A stretch of 32,000 nucleotides of DNA from Candidatus Hadarchaeota archaeon (lineage in GTDB: Archaea; Hadarchaeota; Hadarchaeia; Hadarchaeales; Hadarchaeaceae): NCBI GenBank assembly GCA_964514965.1, contig CAZETV010000001.1:933063-965062 (forward strand), read 5' to 3'. Position numbers and translations under genes: made by a program. The notes beneath the pieces were generated by a model that saw nothing but the letters and a program-made list of their open reading frames with translations, was not told where the DNA came from and made no database searches. Below, in pieces: positions 1-8,098 of the stretch. The stretch's first letter is position 1, and the number at the start of each line of letters is the position of its first letter.

Positions 1-43
1 ACATTCCAGTCATTTTTACCTGAGGTAAAAATTCCGATTTTCT

Positions 44-985
44 TCACACGCATGCACCCAGTGATTTCGCCAGCACTTCCTCGTCAATGCTTCCGGCATG
101 AAAAACTCTTCCGGTCCTCAGGTTGTTTATCGTTACTTCGGCGGGGGAGAAAAGTTTTGGATCGATCTTGAAGAAGTCCCTATCATATTTTTCGAAGAGT
201 TCAAGGAATGGCAGGCCGTAGTCCTTGGAGGCGCGTGAGGGAATTTCATCGATCACCTTCTCAACCTCAGAGTCGTCAGCATCCACGAAGTACATCGTCC
301 TCCCACCGTAGAGCACACAGTCGTTGGTTTTCCCCATCGCTTCTAGATCGTTTTTGGTCACTGGCGCTACGGGAGCACTTCCGCTCCCGCAGATTATCTC
401 GCCTATATCGAACCCGACCTCATGTAGCTTGTGCACGCCGGTTTCCACAATTCTCGCTGATATCTGGATGCTCCCAACAATGCTTGCAGTCGGGGCAGCC
501 AAGATGTAGAGACTATCGGGCTTCACCTTGCATTTTTGGGCGATGAAATCCGCTACCTTTTCGTTTGGTATTTTTCTAGTCTCGAGCGTGATGACCGCTT
601 TCTCACACCTATCTTCATATTTCAATTCTCGGAACAGCTTTTCCTCCACCCTCGCCAGCGCCCTCGCGGGACCCGAACCCATCGCGAAGTAATCTTCAAC
701 TTTTATCGCCCACCCAGCAAATTGAGAAGCCATGCATGATATCGCGGGATGGTCCACGTTCACATGGACATAGGGCCTTTTCTCCATGCAAAGACTAACG
801 CCGCCAAGACCCCCTAGACACGCCTCTGAAAAAAGTTTGCCAGCTTTAAGGCTCCCCTGCACCTTGATTCCAGAGTCGATCACTACTGCCCCATTTTTTA
901 GTTTGAGGACTTTGACCCCCAGTTCTTCCTCACTTTGAGTCATCGCGTCTGCTATTTTTGAAGCTCTTTCGTTCACGCTTATCAT
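44..985 (-). CDS. mch: methenyl-tetrahydromethanopterin cyclohydrolase
   Basis: 313-aa ORF. Full-length resemblance to the Mch family as I remember it (segments KNGAVVIDSGI, FAMGSGPARAL, YGGRTMYFV, LFSPAEVTINN). Its start overlaps the fwdC stop by 4 nt. Last gene of the minus-strand C1 operon inside the window. Confidence 0.9.
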   Translation of the reverse strand: MISVNERASKIADAMTQSEEELGVKVLKLKNGAVVIDSGIKVQGSLKAGKLFSEACLGGLGGVSLCMEKRPYVHVNVDHPAISCMASQFAGWAIKVEDYFAMGSGPARALARVEEKLFRELKYEDRCEKAVITLETRKIPNEKVADFIAQKCKVKPDSLYILAAPTASIVGSIQISARIVETGVHKLHEVGFDIGEIICGSGSAPVAPVTKNDLEAMGKTNDCVLYGGRTMYFVDADDSEVEKVIDEIPSRASKDYGLPFLELFEKYDRDFFKIDPKLFSPAEVTINNLRTGRVFHAGSIDEEVLAKSLGACV

Positions 986-1803
986 GTCGCGCCTCCTTTC
1001 CAGATCAGTATCTCCCCCTTCCCTAGGGCGGCAATATCTCCGTTATACCTATCGTAGAAACCCTCGATGTGTTCTTTTTTGACAGGTAAATCATATTTTT
1101 CCAGTCTTTTTAGGAAGGCTCTGATGAAAGTCGGTTTGTAGGTGCAACTATATCTGAAGGTCGGCAGTAGCTTCGGGGGATTGAAGGCTATGATGGTTCC
1201 CCTATCCATCCCGGCTCCCGCTTTCTCCCCGATATCGCCGGAACAGACTATTGACCCACCTGTCATGAGTGCGCCGGTTAAGTTTCCTAGTTTGCCTTTG
1301 ATGACGATTGCGCCCCTTCTCATCAGTTCTCCGACCTCGCGTCCGGCATCGCCTTCAATTATAATCATTCCGCCCTTCATTCCGACTTTAGAACCCCGGT
1401 AACCCGAACCAACGAGGTTTCGGGCGTTCCCTCTGACCCTTATCAGCCCCCCTTTCATCTCGGCCCCGAGCCAATCCCCAGCGTTTCCGTGAACGAGTAT
1501 CTCTCCTCCTTGCATCTCCCGACCAAGGTGCATTCCAGCACTCCCCTCGATTACCAACTTGCCTTTGCTCATCCTTGCCCCAATATGCTTGACCGCGCTG
1601 ACATCGCCAGTGATAACTATCTTCTCAGTTCCATCCGATTCCTGTTCGATATTGAAGATATCAGTCAATCTTTTCCTTCGGTTTCCCCACAAAAGCTCGA
1701 GACTTTTTAGCTCCGCCACAGACTTACCAGAAAATACATCGGGTGAGATGCATTCGGCCTCAACCGGCACCTTAAATTTGACTTTAGGTTTGAGGATGAT
1801 CAT
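982..1803 (-). CDS. fwdC: formylmethanofuran dehydrogenase subunit C
   Basis: 273-aa ORF built from repeated Gly-rich beta-helix repeats (GSAGMHLGREMQGGEILVHGNAGDWLGAEMKGGLIRVRGNARNLVG...), typical of FwdC/FmdC. Has 4-nt overlaps with ftr upstream and mch downstream. Confidence 0.85.
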   Translation of the reverse strand: MIILKPKVKFKVPVEAECISPDVFSGKSVAELKSLELLWGNRRKRLTDIFNIEQESDGTEKIVITGDVSAVKHIGARMSKGKLVIEGSAGMHLGREMQGGEILVHGNAGDWLGAEMKGGLIRVRGNARNLVGSGYRGSKVGMKGGMIIIEGDAGREVGELMRRGAIVIKGKLGNLTGALMTGGSIVCSGDIGEKAGAGMDRGTIIAFNPPKLLPTFRYSCTYKPTFIRAFLKRLEKYDLPVKKEHIEGFYDRYNGDIAALGKGEILIWKGGAT

Positions 1804-2696
1804 CGGTTGCCCTCGAAGAGTTTGTGGAGGTAGACCAAGTGTTTGCCCAGCTTGCCCCCATAGTTTCCGGCAGTTATGAGCTTTATCCCGTCCACACTAC
1901 AGGCTTCTTCGATTCCCGCCTTCGTGGCTTTTTTCACGCTTTCTCCGTCCAATCCGTTTATCACTATTTCTAGGACGGAGTTGACATCCTGCGGTATCTT
2001 GCTTTCCACTACAGATCTCAGGGTCGGACAATATGCGGTATTCGTCGAAGCCCTTAGGAACTTGTACTTCGACCCGACCTTGCTACCGCTCCTTACTACA
2101 CCGCCGGGAAATGGAGTTATCACATTTTTGATTCCTTTTATAGCTTCGACTGCTTTCTCCGCGGCCTCAAGCACGCAGTCGGCATCTCTCCCCAAGATGA
2201 GGAAGTTACCTCCTCCCACGGCTTTTCGGACTTTGAACTTTTCCTCAACTAAAAATTCACCCTCCATGGCGGGGATTCTCCAAAACCTCCTGCCGTCGAT
2301 CCGCTTGGCAATTTGATAGCCGTCCCCGAAAAATCTCAACTTCCCACCAATGTTTATTTCCTTCTCCCCTTCCAAGTTGTTGAAACAGGCCGTTGTGGGA
2401 CAAGTCATTATGCATTGACCAACCCTCCGCATGAGCTGGTCCTCGAGGGTCTTTTCGGACATGGCTAAAACTAGAATGTTCGCCCCCGGTCTTCCATCTG
2501 GGGTTTCTTTGACTCTCACAAGATTCTCTATCCCAGCTTCAGCCCCGCACGCTATGACTGAAGTGGCAAATCCCGTGGTGGTGTTCGTAGCGTGCAAAGC
2601 CCATTTTTTGTTTTTCGCCGTTATCAACAAGCGTGCCGCTACCATATCGAAGGCTTCGGCAAATGTATCTTCTATTTCCACTCCGTTTATCTGCAT
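1800..2696 (-). CDS. ftr: formylmethanofuran:tetrahydromethanopterin N-formyltransferase
   Basis: 298 aa. N-terminus MQINGVEIEDTFAEAFDM...LITA...WALHATNTTTGFATSVIACGAEAGIE is the characteristic Ftr signature. Overlaps the fwdA stop by 10 nt and the fwdC start by 4 nt. Confidence 0.9.
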   Translation of the reverse strand: MQINGVEIEDTFAEAFDMVAARLLITAKNKKWALHATNTTTGFATSVIACGAEAGIENLVRVKETPDGRPGANILVLAMSEKTLEDQLMRRVGQCIMTCPTTACFNNLEGEKEINIGGKLRFFGDGYQIAKRIDGRRFWRIPAMEGEFLVEEKFKVRKAVGGGNFLILGRDADCVLEAAEKAVEAIKGIKNVITPFPGGVVRSGSKVGSKYKFLRASTNTAYCPTLRSVVESKIPQDVNSVLEIVINGLDGESVKKATKAGIEEACSVDGIKLITAGNYGGKLGKHLVYLHKLFEGNR

Positions 2697-4294
2697 GGTA
2701 TCATCTCTCCTCTGGGCAGGTACTCGTCCTGCACGGGGTAGTTTTCTAAGGCGACCGTATAGTACTTAGCGAAATCTTCCCTCATCTCATCGGTCACCTC
2801 GCCTCCAGCGTTTACCCAGTAAGTTCTCCCTTGGGGTGATTCAACTATTTTCCCATCCTTCAACACAATTTTCCCATCCTTGATCACGTATTTAGCCCTC
2901 GAGAAAGAGCGTTTTATATCGTTCTCTTTGAACTCGTAAATTGCTACATCGGCATCGGCTCCCACACCTAGATGTCCTTTTTGCGTGAGTCCCAAGAGCT
3001 TGGCAGCGGCTGCCCTCGTTATTATGGCAATTTCGAACAGCGAATATTCCCTGTCTATCCCTCCGAGACCAGTTCTAGACGAAGCGGCGCGATGAACGGA
3101 CTGAAGCATCTGATCGCGCGCCTGCTTGTTCATCAACCAAGAGATGACTTCTGGGTAGTGGTAGAATGGGCCCCCGTTGGGGTGATCGGTGGTCATGAAG
3201 AACTTCCACGGATCTTTAACTAGCAGAGCCATCTCCAACCCGATTGCCCACTGAACGGCATTGACGGGGCTCTTAGCTTTGTAAACATGCGGGACTATGC
3301 CAGCGCCCTCTTCCATCTCCACATCTGCATTGTACCACTTGTTCCCGGTCATCTTGTAAAGGCTGTGTTGCATTGGACCGTCGGCCGTCATTGTGGTAGC
3401 GTCGTCGAATATGACTTGCCCCATATCACAAGTCACGTTTTCGCGCTGGTTTATCCGCTTCGCGAGCTCGGCTGCCCCCGAGGCTAATTTCGCCCAACTG
3501 TCCCCCGCGTAAGAGTTAAACTGGATGTGAGTGATGTGAATCCTTCCTTTGACTGCATTTATCGATTCTGCGGTCGTCTCGAAATTCCCGGGTGTCCCAA
3601 GGTTGTTGCAGTGAACGTGAATGGGGTGGGGGAGTTTCAACTCTTCGTTGACCTTCGCTAGACCAGTGAGTATCTCTCGGGGGGTTACTTCGTAATTATC
3701 GACCCTGTCATTGATGCTTTTTACGTTCCTGCCCCACTTCCAGTTTTCCACTCCACCTGGATTCACTATTTTTACGACGCACCCCCTTGTCGCCTTTAAG
3801 AGCCATGCAACGAAGTTCTTGAGCTTTTCAAAGTCCTTCTCCTTGACGTACCTCAAGACGAAGTGGTTATTGCCCATGAGTGTGTAACACCCCTTGTCCA
3901 CGATTGGGATGTCGTTTAGCTCCTCGTGTGTGTGCCTCGCCCCTAGTGGAGGTACAGCAGCTTCCATCAGGGTCGTGTAACCAAGCTTCACGTACCTATA
4001 CCCTGTCACAAACGTTGTGGGGACAGTGTATCCGACCCCGCCTCTCGTGATTTCTGTTTTCGAAACGGGGTCCTTTCTGTGGTCTTCAGGTCTGAACAAC
4101 CTGCCGAGGTTAACCTTAGAACCAGCGATGTGGGTGTGGATCTCCACGCCTCCAGGTAGGACGATCAGCCCAGAGGCATCTATTTCCTTTCCATCAGCTT
4201 CCTCGACTATTTTCCCGTTTTTGATGAACAGATCTTTCTTTTCTCCGTTTATCCCGTTCAAGGGGTCGTAGATGGTGCCATTCTTGATAATCAA
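2687..4294 (-). CDS. fwdA: formylmethanofuran dehydrogenase subunit A (amidohydrolase fold)
   Basis: 535 aa. N-terminal IIKNGTIYDP...VLPGGVEIHTHI carries the amidohydrolase HxH metal motif. Length and operon context match FwdA/FmdA. Confidence 0.9.
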   Translation of the reverse strand: MIIKNGTIYDPLNGINGEKKDLFIKNGKIVEEADGKEIDASGLIVLPGGVEIHTHIAGSKVNLGRLFRPEDHRKDPVSKTEITRGGVGYTVPTTFVTGYRYVKLGYTTLMEAAVPPLGARHTHEELNDIPIVDKGCYTLMGNNHFVLRYVKEKDFEKLKNFVAWLLKATRGCVVKIVNPGGVENWKWGRNVKSINDRVDNYEVTPREILTGLAKVNEELKLPHPIHVHCNNLGTPGNFETTAESINAVKGRIHITHIQFNSYAGDSWAKLASGAAELAKRINQRENVTCDMGQVIFDDATTMTADGPMQHSLYKMTGNKWYNADVEMEEGAGIVPHVYKAKSPVNAVQWAIGLEMALLVKDPWKFFMTTDHPNGGPFYHYPEVISWLMNKQARDQMLQSVHRAASSRTGLGGIDREYSLFEIAIITRAAAAKLLGLTQKGHLGVGADADVAIYEFKENDIKRSFSRAKYVIKDGKIVLKDGKIVESPQGRTYWVNAGGEVTDEMREDFAKYYTVALENYPVQDEYLPRGEMIPCR

Positions 4295-5562
4295 GCTTTC
4301 ACCTTCTCAATAATTCTTTTCAAAATTTCTCTATCGGGTAAGAACTCCGAATCGATTACTTTTTTGAGCCTTAGGGGGATTCCGTCCATTCTGTAGGCAG
4401 TTCCATCGCACTCTATCCCAGCTATCGCTGAGGGAATTACAATCCTGGCAATTAAGGAAGTAAGGCTGATTTTTGGATCGATAACGATTGTTGGGATCGT
4501 AGTCAAATGCTTGGAAGCTTGGGCGGGGAAATGCGCAACGGGGTCGGAGGCTATTATGAGAGCGGCATCACATTCTCCACGAGCCAAGATATCCACAGCA
4601 GAAAATTCACCTGGATTGTAAACCGGATAACCTTTGGAGAAATTGACCGCATAAGGGTAGCCAGTGCACCAAGTCATCACATCGTTGGCACCAGACACGT
4701 TATAGTGGCCCCTCATCGGGATTATGGCGAATTTGGTGTGGTCATTCAAATCCCTGACGAGGCGGAGAGCCGCGTCGACGTTCATGTGCTTTCCCCCAGT
4801 CATCGTAAGACCTAGGCCGAAGAATATCACCCCAAATTTGCAACTCTTCATTTTCTCCGCAAGTTGTTTGATGGTTTCAGAAGGTACCCCTGCAACATCC
4901 CCCACATCATATCCCTTGACCACAGCTCTGAATGCCGAAAGCAACTCGTAGTCTTGGCCGGGCTTAACTTTTACAAAAAGATTGGCCATCTTCGAGGTCT
5001 TCGTTTCTCTCACATCAATGTGCACTATCTCCCGACCTTTCTTTCCACTTTCTGTGTAGAGGCCTCTAGGGGTTATCGAGTATCGCGTTGCGTGCTTGAT
5101 ATGGGCCTCCGCTGGGTTACACCCCCAGAAAATCACCAAATCGGCCCTGTTTTTGACTTCCCCTAGTGTACATTTTGCAGCTCCACAATCTTGGGCTGCT
5201 TGAATGGTTGGTCCGTGGCAGACGGAGCTCGTGTTATCAATGGATGCTCCAGTCAATTCGGCGAGCTCGACAGCCAGTCTCTGGGCGTCGGTTTCGGTAG
5301 AGCTCAGGCCGTATATCAATGGAAAATCGGCTTTCTTCAAAATCTCCGCTGTTTTCTCCAAAGTTCTTTCTATTGACACTTCAACGAGTTTCCTTTTTTT
5401 CTTTATTTGAGGTTTAGCTCTGTCTTTAGCGTGGTTCAGAAATTTACTTTTGGAGAATGCGCAAGCATTTTTAACATCGACTACCCTTCCATCTTCCGTT
5501 ACAACTTCTATATCATCACAAAGACATCCACAAAGAGGACACACGATATTTTTGTAATTCAT
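4291..5562 (-). CDS. fwdB: formylmethanofuran dehydrogenase subunit B (molybdo/tungstopterin subunit, Cys type)
   Basis: 423 aa. N-terminal CPLCGCLCDD FeS-type Cys cluster, then a molybdopterin-oxidoreductase-like core with SSVCHGP. There is no in-frame TGA, so it is the cysteine rather than selenocysteine form. W versus Mo cannot be decided from sequence. Confidence 0.85.
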   Translation of the reverse strand: MNYKNIVCPLCGCLCDDIEVVTEDGRVVDVKNACAFSKSKFLNHAKDRAKPQIKKKRKLVEVSIERTLEKTAEILKKADFPLIYGLSSTETDAQRLAVELAELTGASIDNTSSVCHGPTIQAAQDCGAAKCTLGEVKNRADLVIFWGCNPAEAHIKHATRYSITPRGLYTESGKKGREIVHIDVRETKTSKMANLFVKVKPGQDYELLSAFRAVVKGYDVGDVAGVPSETIKQLAEKMKSCKFGVIFFGLGLTMTGGKHMNVDAALRLVRDLNDHTKFAIIPMRGHYNVSGANDVMTWCTGYPYAVNFSKGYPVYNPGEFSAVDILARGECDAALIIASDPVAHFPAQASKHLTTIPTIVIDPKISLTSLIARIVIPSAIAGIECDGTAYRMDGIPLRLKKVIDSEFLPDREILKRIIEKVKA

Positions 5563-5948
5563 TTAATCCCTTTTATTTGTGTTATGGCATTTACTATTTT
5601 CAATATATCTTTGTCCGTCGCTAAAATCTCCGCTTCAACGCCTTTAGAATCTGGCATCCCGGTTCCTTGAGTATCCGCGCTTATCACCATATTTGCCCAA
5701 GGCCCGTAGGGCATGAAAGCGATTCCGTGGTCTATTCTCGACTCTTTACACCTAACGACGGTTGAACCGAATTTGGTGCTAACTTCTACATTTTCACCCT
5801 CTTTAGCACCGATTTCTTTCATATCGTTTTCATTCATCATGACCATGGCGACATTTTTAGAATATTCCTCAGAAGTTTTGCTAATTTCTAGACTTGTCCC
5901 CTGTTCTACCGTCCTTCCACTGATTAAAATCACTTTCATGTGATTCAT
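5559..5948 (-). CDS. fwdD: formylmethanofuran dehydrogenase subunit D (molybdopterin dinucleotide-binding domain protein)
   Basis: 129 aa. The size and the pattern VILISGRTVEQG...NENDMKEIGAKEGENVEVST..G.VVVRCK fit the small beta-barrel FwdD subunit. First gene of the operon, with a 4-nt overlap with fwdB. An alternative start is M4 at 5939. Confidence 0.8.
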   Translation of the reverse strand: MNHMKVILISGRTVEQGTSLEISKTSEEYSKNVAMVMMNENDMKEIGAKEGENVEVSTKFGSTVVRCKESRIDHGIAFMPYGPWANMVISADTQGTGMPDSKGVEAEILATDKDILKIVNAITQIKGIK

Positions 5949-6052
5949 CTAGCTCTTTTCTAGTTCTAATATTAAAGCGGGACATTTTAACTTTTTGTAA
6001 AAAATATTTGTGTAGATATGGAAAAAGTTGTAGGCAGAAGATTTAAACAAAA
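5949..6052. promoter_or_regulatory. AT-rich divergent intergenic region, presumed promoters for the fwd operon (minus) and the MetE-like/RFAP-synthase pair (plus)
   Basis: 104-bp spacer between divergently oriented first genes. Contains several TATA-like tracts (aatattaaag, ttttaact, aaaaaatattt, atttaaac). No transcription start can be fixed from sequence alone. Confidence 0.3.
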
Positions 6053-7117
6053 ATGAAACATACGCAAACTTGTAGCGACGATGGAAAGGTAAAGTTGATG
6101 AATATACCATATGGGGAACTTAAAACGACCGTGGTCGGGAGCTTTCCCTTACAGCACTCTATAGAAAACATGCGTAGGACATTTTCAGATCAGATCGAAG
6201 CTGGGATAAATTTCCCATGTTATGGGCAACTTTTGGATATGAATTTAATGTTTCTAGAACCTTTGGCAAAAGAAAAATGTGGAATCGATATAATTGCGGG
6301 GGAGGCGTGGATCACCGGTTTATTAGAGGTTCCTAAGAGGCCCATATCTCTCGAGTTCTTGGAACTAGCTCAAGAGTACCTCAAAAAGAACCCCTCCGAA
6401 GAGGTTGACGGGATTAAAGTCCCCATCACAGGCCCAATCACCTTATCATCCGCGACGAAGGTTTCTGAAAAACATCTTGCTATAGAACACCCAGATTTTA
6501 TTCTAGATTTTTCCAATATCGTGGCTGAAATCGCGAAATGGTACGACAAAGCAGGGGCGGGGCTGATAATGATTGATGAGCCTTCTTTGAGTTATGCCAA
6601 ATGGTTTGGGACGGAGCCCGATGTTCTAATCGAAGCGATTAATAAACCCATGAAAGCGATAAAGAACGCCCTATCTTCGGTTCACGTATGTGGTGACATT
6701 TCCGCGGTCACGGACATCCTCATCCAATCGGAAGCTCCAATATTAGATCACAGCTTCAGTGACTTTCCAGCCAACTTAGGATTTTATTCCAGAGGCGTTT
6801 TAGAGAGAGCCGATAAGATGATAGGGTTTGGCTGTGTGAGTTCAACACCAGACCCACAGCTTCTGTTAGACATCAGCGCGGGAAAGGCTCAATGGACGGA
6901 AGCGGTAGAATCCGTGGATAAAATAGAAAAGTTGATTCTTGAGGGAGGGAAGAGGTTCGGACTTGAGAGATTAATTATAGACCCAGATTGCGGGTTTGGC
7001 GGGATGAGAGAATATTTTAAAGACGACACTGGGCAGAGGATAGCAACTGGAAAGCTGAGAAATATGGTCGGGGCTGTAAGGGGTGCTAGGAAAAAATTGG
7101 GAATGCCCCATAGTTAG
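6053..7117 (+). CDS. cobalamin-independent methionine synthase (MetE C-terminal domain)-like protein, function unassigned
   Basis: 354 aa. TTVVGSFP near the N-terminus, IDEPSL, HVCGD (H-x-C) and IDPDCGFG motifs resemble the Zn-binding UROD/MetE-type TIM barrel of short archaeal MetE-like proteins. The start may be M16 at 6098 (MNIPYGELKTTVVGSFP). Confidence 0.7.
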   Translation: MKHTQTCSDDGKVKLMNIPYGELKTTVVGSFPLQHSIENMRRTFSDQIEAGINFPCYGQLLDMNLMFLEPLAKEKCGIDIIAGEAWITGLLEVPKRPISLEFLELAQEYLKKNPSEEVDGIKVPITGPITLSSATKVSEKHLAIEHPDFILDFSNIVAEIAKWYDKAGAGLIMIDEPSLSYAKWFGTEPDVLIEAINKPMKAIKNALSSVHVCGDISAVTDILIQSEAPILDHSFSDFPANLGFYSRGVLERADKMIGFGCVSSTPDPQLLLDISAGKAQWTEAVESVDKIEKLILEGGKRFGLERLIIDPDCGFGGMREYFKDDTGQRIATGKLRNMVGAVRGARKKLGMPHS

Positions 7118-7144
7118 TGATTATTTTCAGATGAGTGTGATATT

Positions 7145-8098
7145 TTGAGAATTCACATCAAAACACCATCGCGGTTGCATTTTGGGATAATCGATCTCAG
7201 CAGAAGCTTAGGCCGCAGCTATGGTTCAATGGGTTTAGCGATAGAGGGGCGTGGGTATGAAATCCTTGCCGAGAAAGGCGAGGAGCTAGAGGTACTTGGG
7301 CCGGGGGAGGATGCAGAGCAAGCAAGAAAGATTGCCGAAAAAGTTACGCAAATTTACAAAATTCCACGTCAGGTCAAAATAAACATACTTGAGAACATCC
7401 CGATGCATGTAGGGCTGGGCTCCACGACCCAACTGACGCTGGCGGTGGCAACGGCTATCACGAAACTTTATGGTGTGAAGGCTTCATCCGTTGAGCTTGC
7501 GGAGAAAATGGGCAGGGGGAAAAATTCTGGTGTGGGGGCCTACGCTTTCATGAAGGGGGGTTTCATTGTTGGTGGAGGGATTAAGAGAAGAGGATTTCCG
7601 CCGATGATTTTCAGACACGATTTTCCTGAAGAATGGCGCTTCGTAATCGTTATACCGCAAATTGGGAGGGGACTCGATGAAAAAACTGAAGAGGGGCTGT
7701 TCAAGCGAATAACAGCTTCTACTGATGTTGCCCGAAGAATTTGCCACTCACTCGTCATGAAAATGCTGCCCTCTATTGTGGAACATGACGTAGAGAGTTT
7801 TGGACAGGTTTTGACTGAGGTTCAGAGGCTCGTTGGGGAAGCTTTTTCCCCCTACCAAGGAGGCGTGTTCGGGGGTCAGATAGTTTCTGATATCGTTAAT
7901 CGGATGCTGGAGGAGGGGGCATATGGTGCTGGGCAGAGTTCTTGGGGTCCGACGGTTTATGGGTTGGTTGAGGATAATGCCCAAGCGGAGGAACTAAAAG
8001 AAAAAATTTTGGAGTTCTTAAAGGGTAAAAGTTACAAAGCTGGCTTAATGGTGGTCAGACCAAACAATGAAGGAGCTAAGGTAGAAATCGAGGACTAA
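7145..8098 (+). CDS. mptG: beta-ribofuranosylaminobenzene 5'-phosphate (RFAP) synthase, first committed step of methanopterin biosynthesis
   Basis: 317 aa. The N-terminus (RIHIKTPSRLHFGIIDL) and the GHMP-kinase-type loop PMHVGLGSTTQLTLAVA match the RFAP synthase family (MJ1427/AF2089 type). The only available in-frame start is TTG at 7145, because an in-frame TGA lies at 7118-7120. Confidence 0.8.
   Translation: MRIHIKTPSRLHFGIIDLSRSLGRSYGSMGLAIEGRGYEILAEKGEELEVLGPGEDAEQARKIAEKVTQIYKIPRQVKINILENIPMHVGLGSTTQLTLAVATAITKLYGVKASSVELAEKMGRGKNSGVGAYAFMKGGFIVGGGIKRRGFPPMIFRHDFPEEWRFVIVIPQIGRGLDEKTEEGLFKRITASTDVARRICHSLVMKMLPSIVEHDVESFGQVLTEVQRLVGEAFSPYQGGVFGGQIVSDIVNRMLEEGAYGAGQSSWGPTVYGLVEDNAQAEELKEKILEFLKGKSYKAGLMVVRPNNEGAKVEIED

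Noticed and set aside
1-13. Possible start of a further minus-strand gene (ATG at 13-11, reading off the left edge)
   Set aside because: Only four codons are visible, which cannot support a call. It merely suggests the operon may continue beyond mch.
4291-5562. Possible selenocysteine or a W-versus-Mo assignment for FwdB
   Set aside because: The ORF is uninterrupted and the active-site position is a Cys codon. The metal cannot be read from the sequence.
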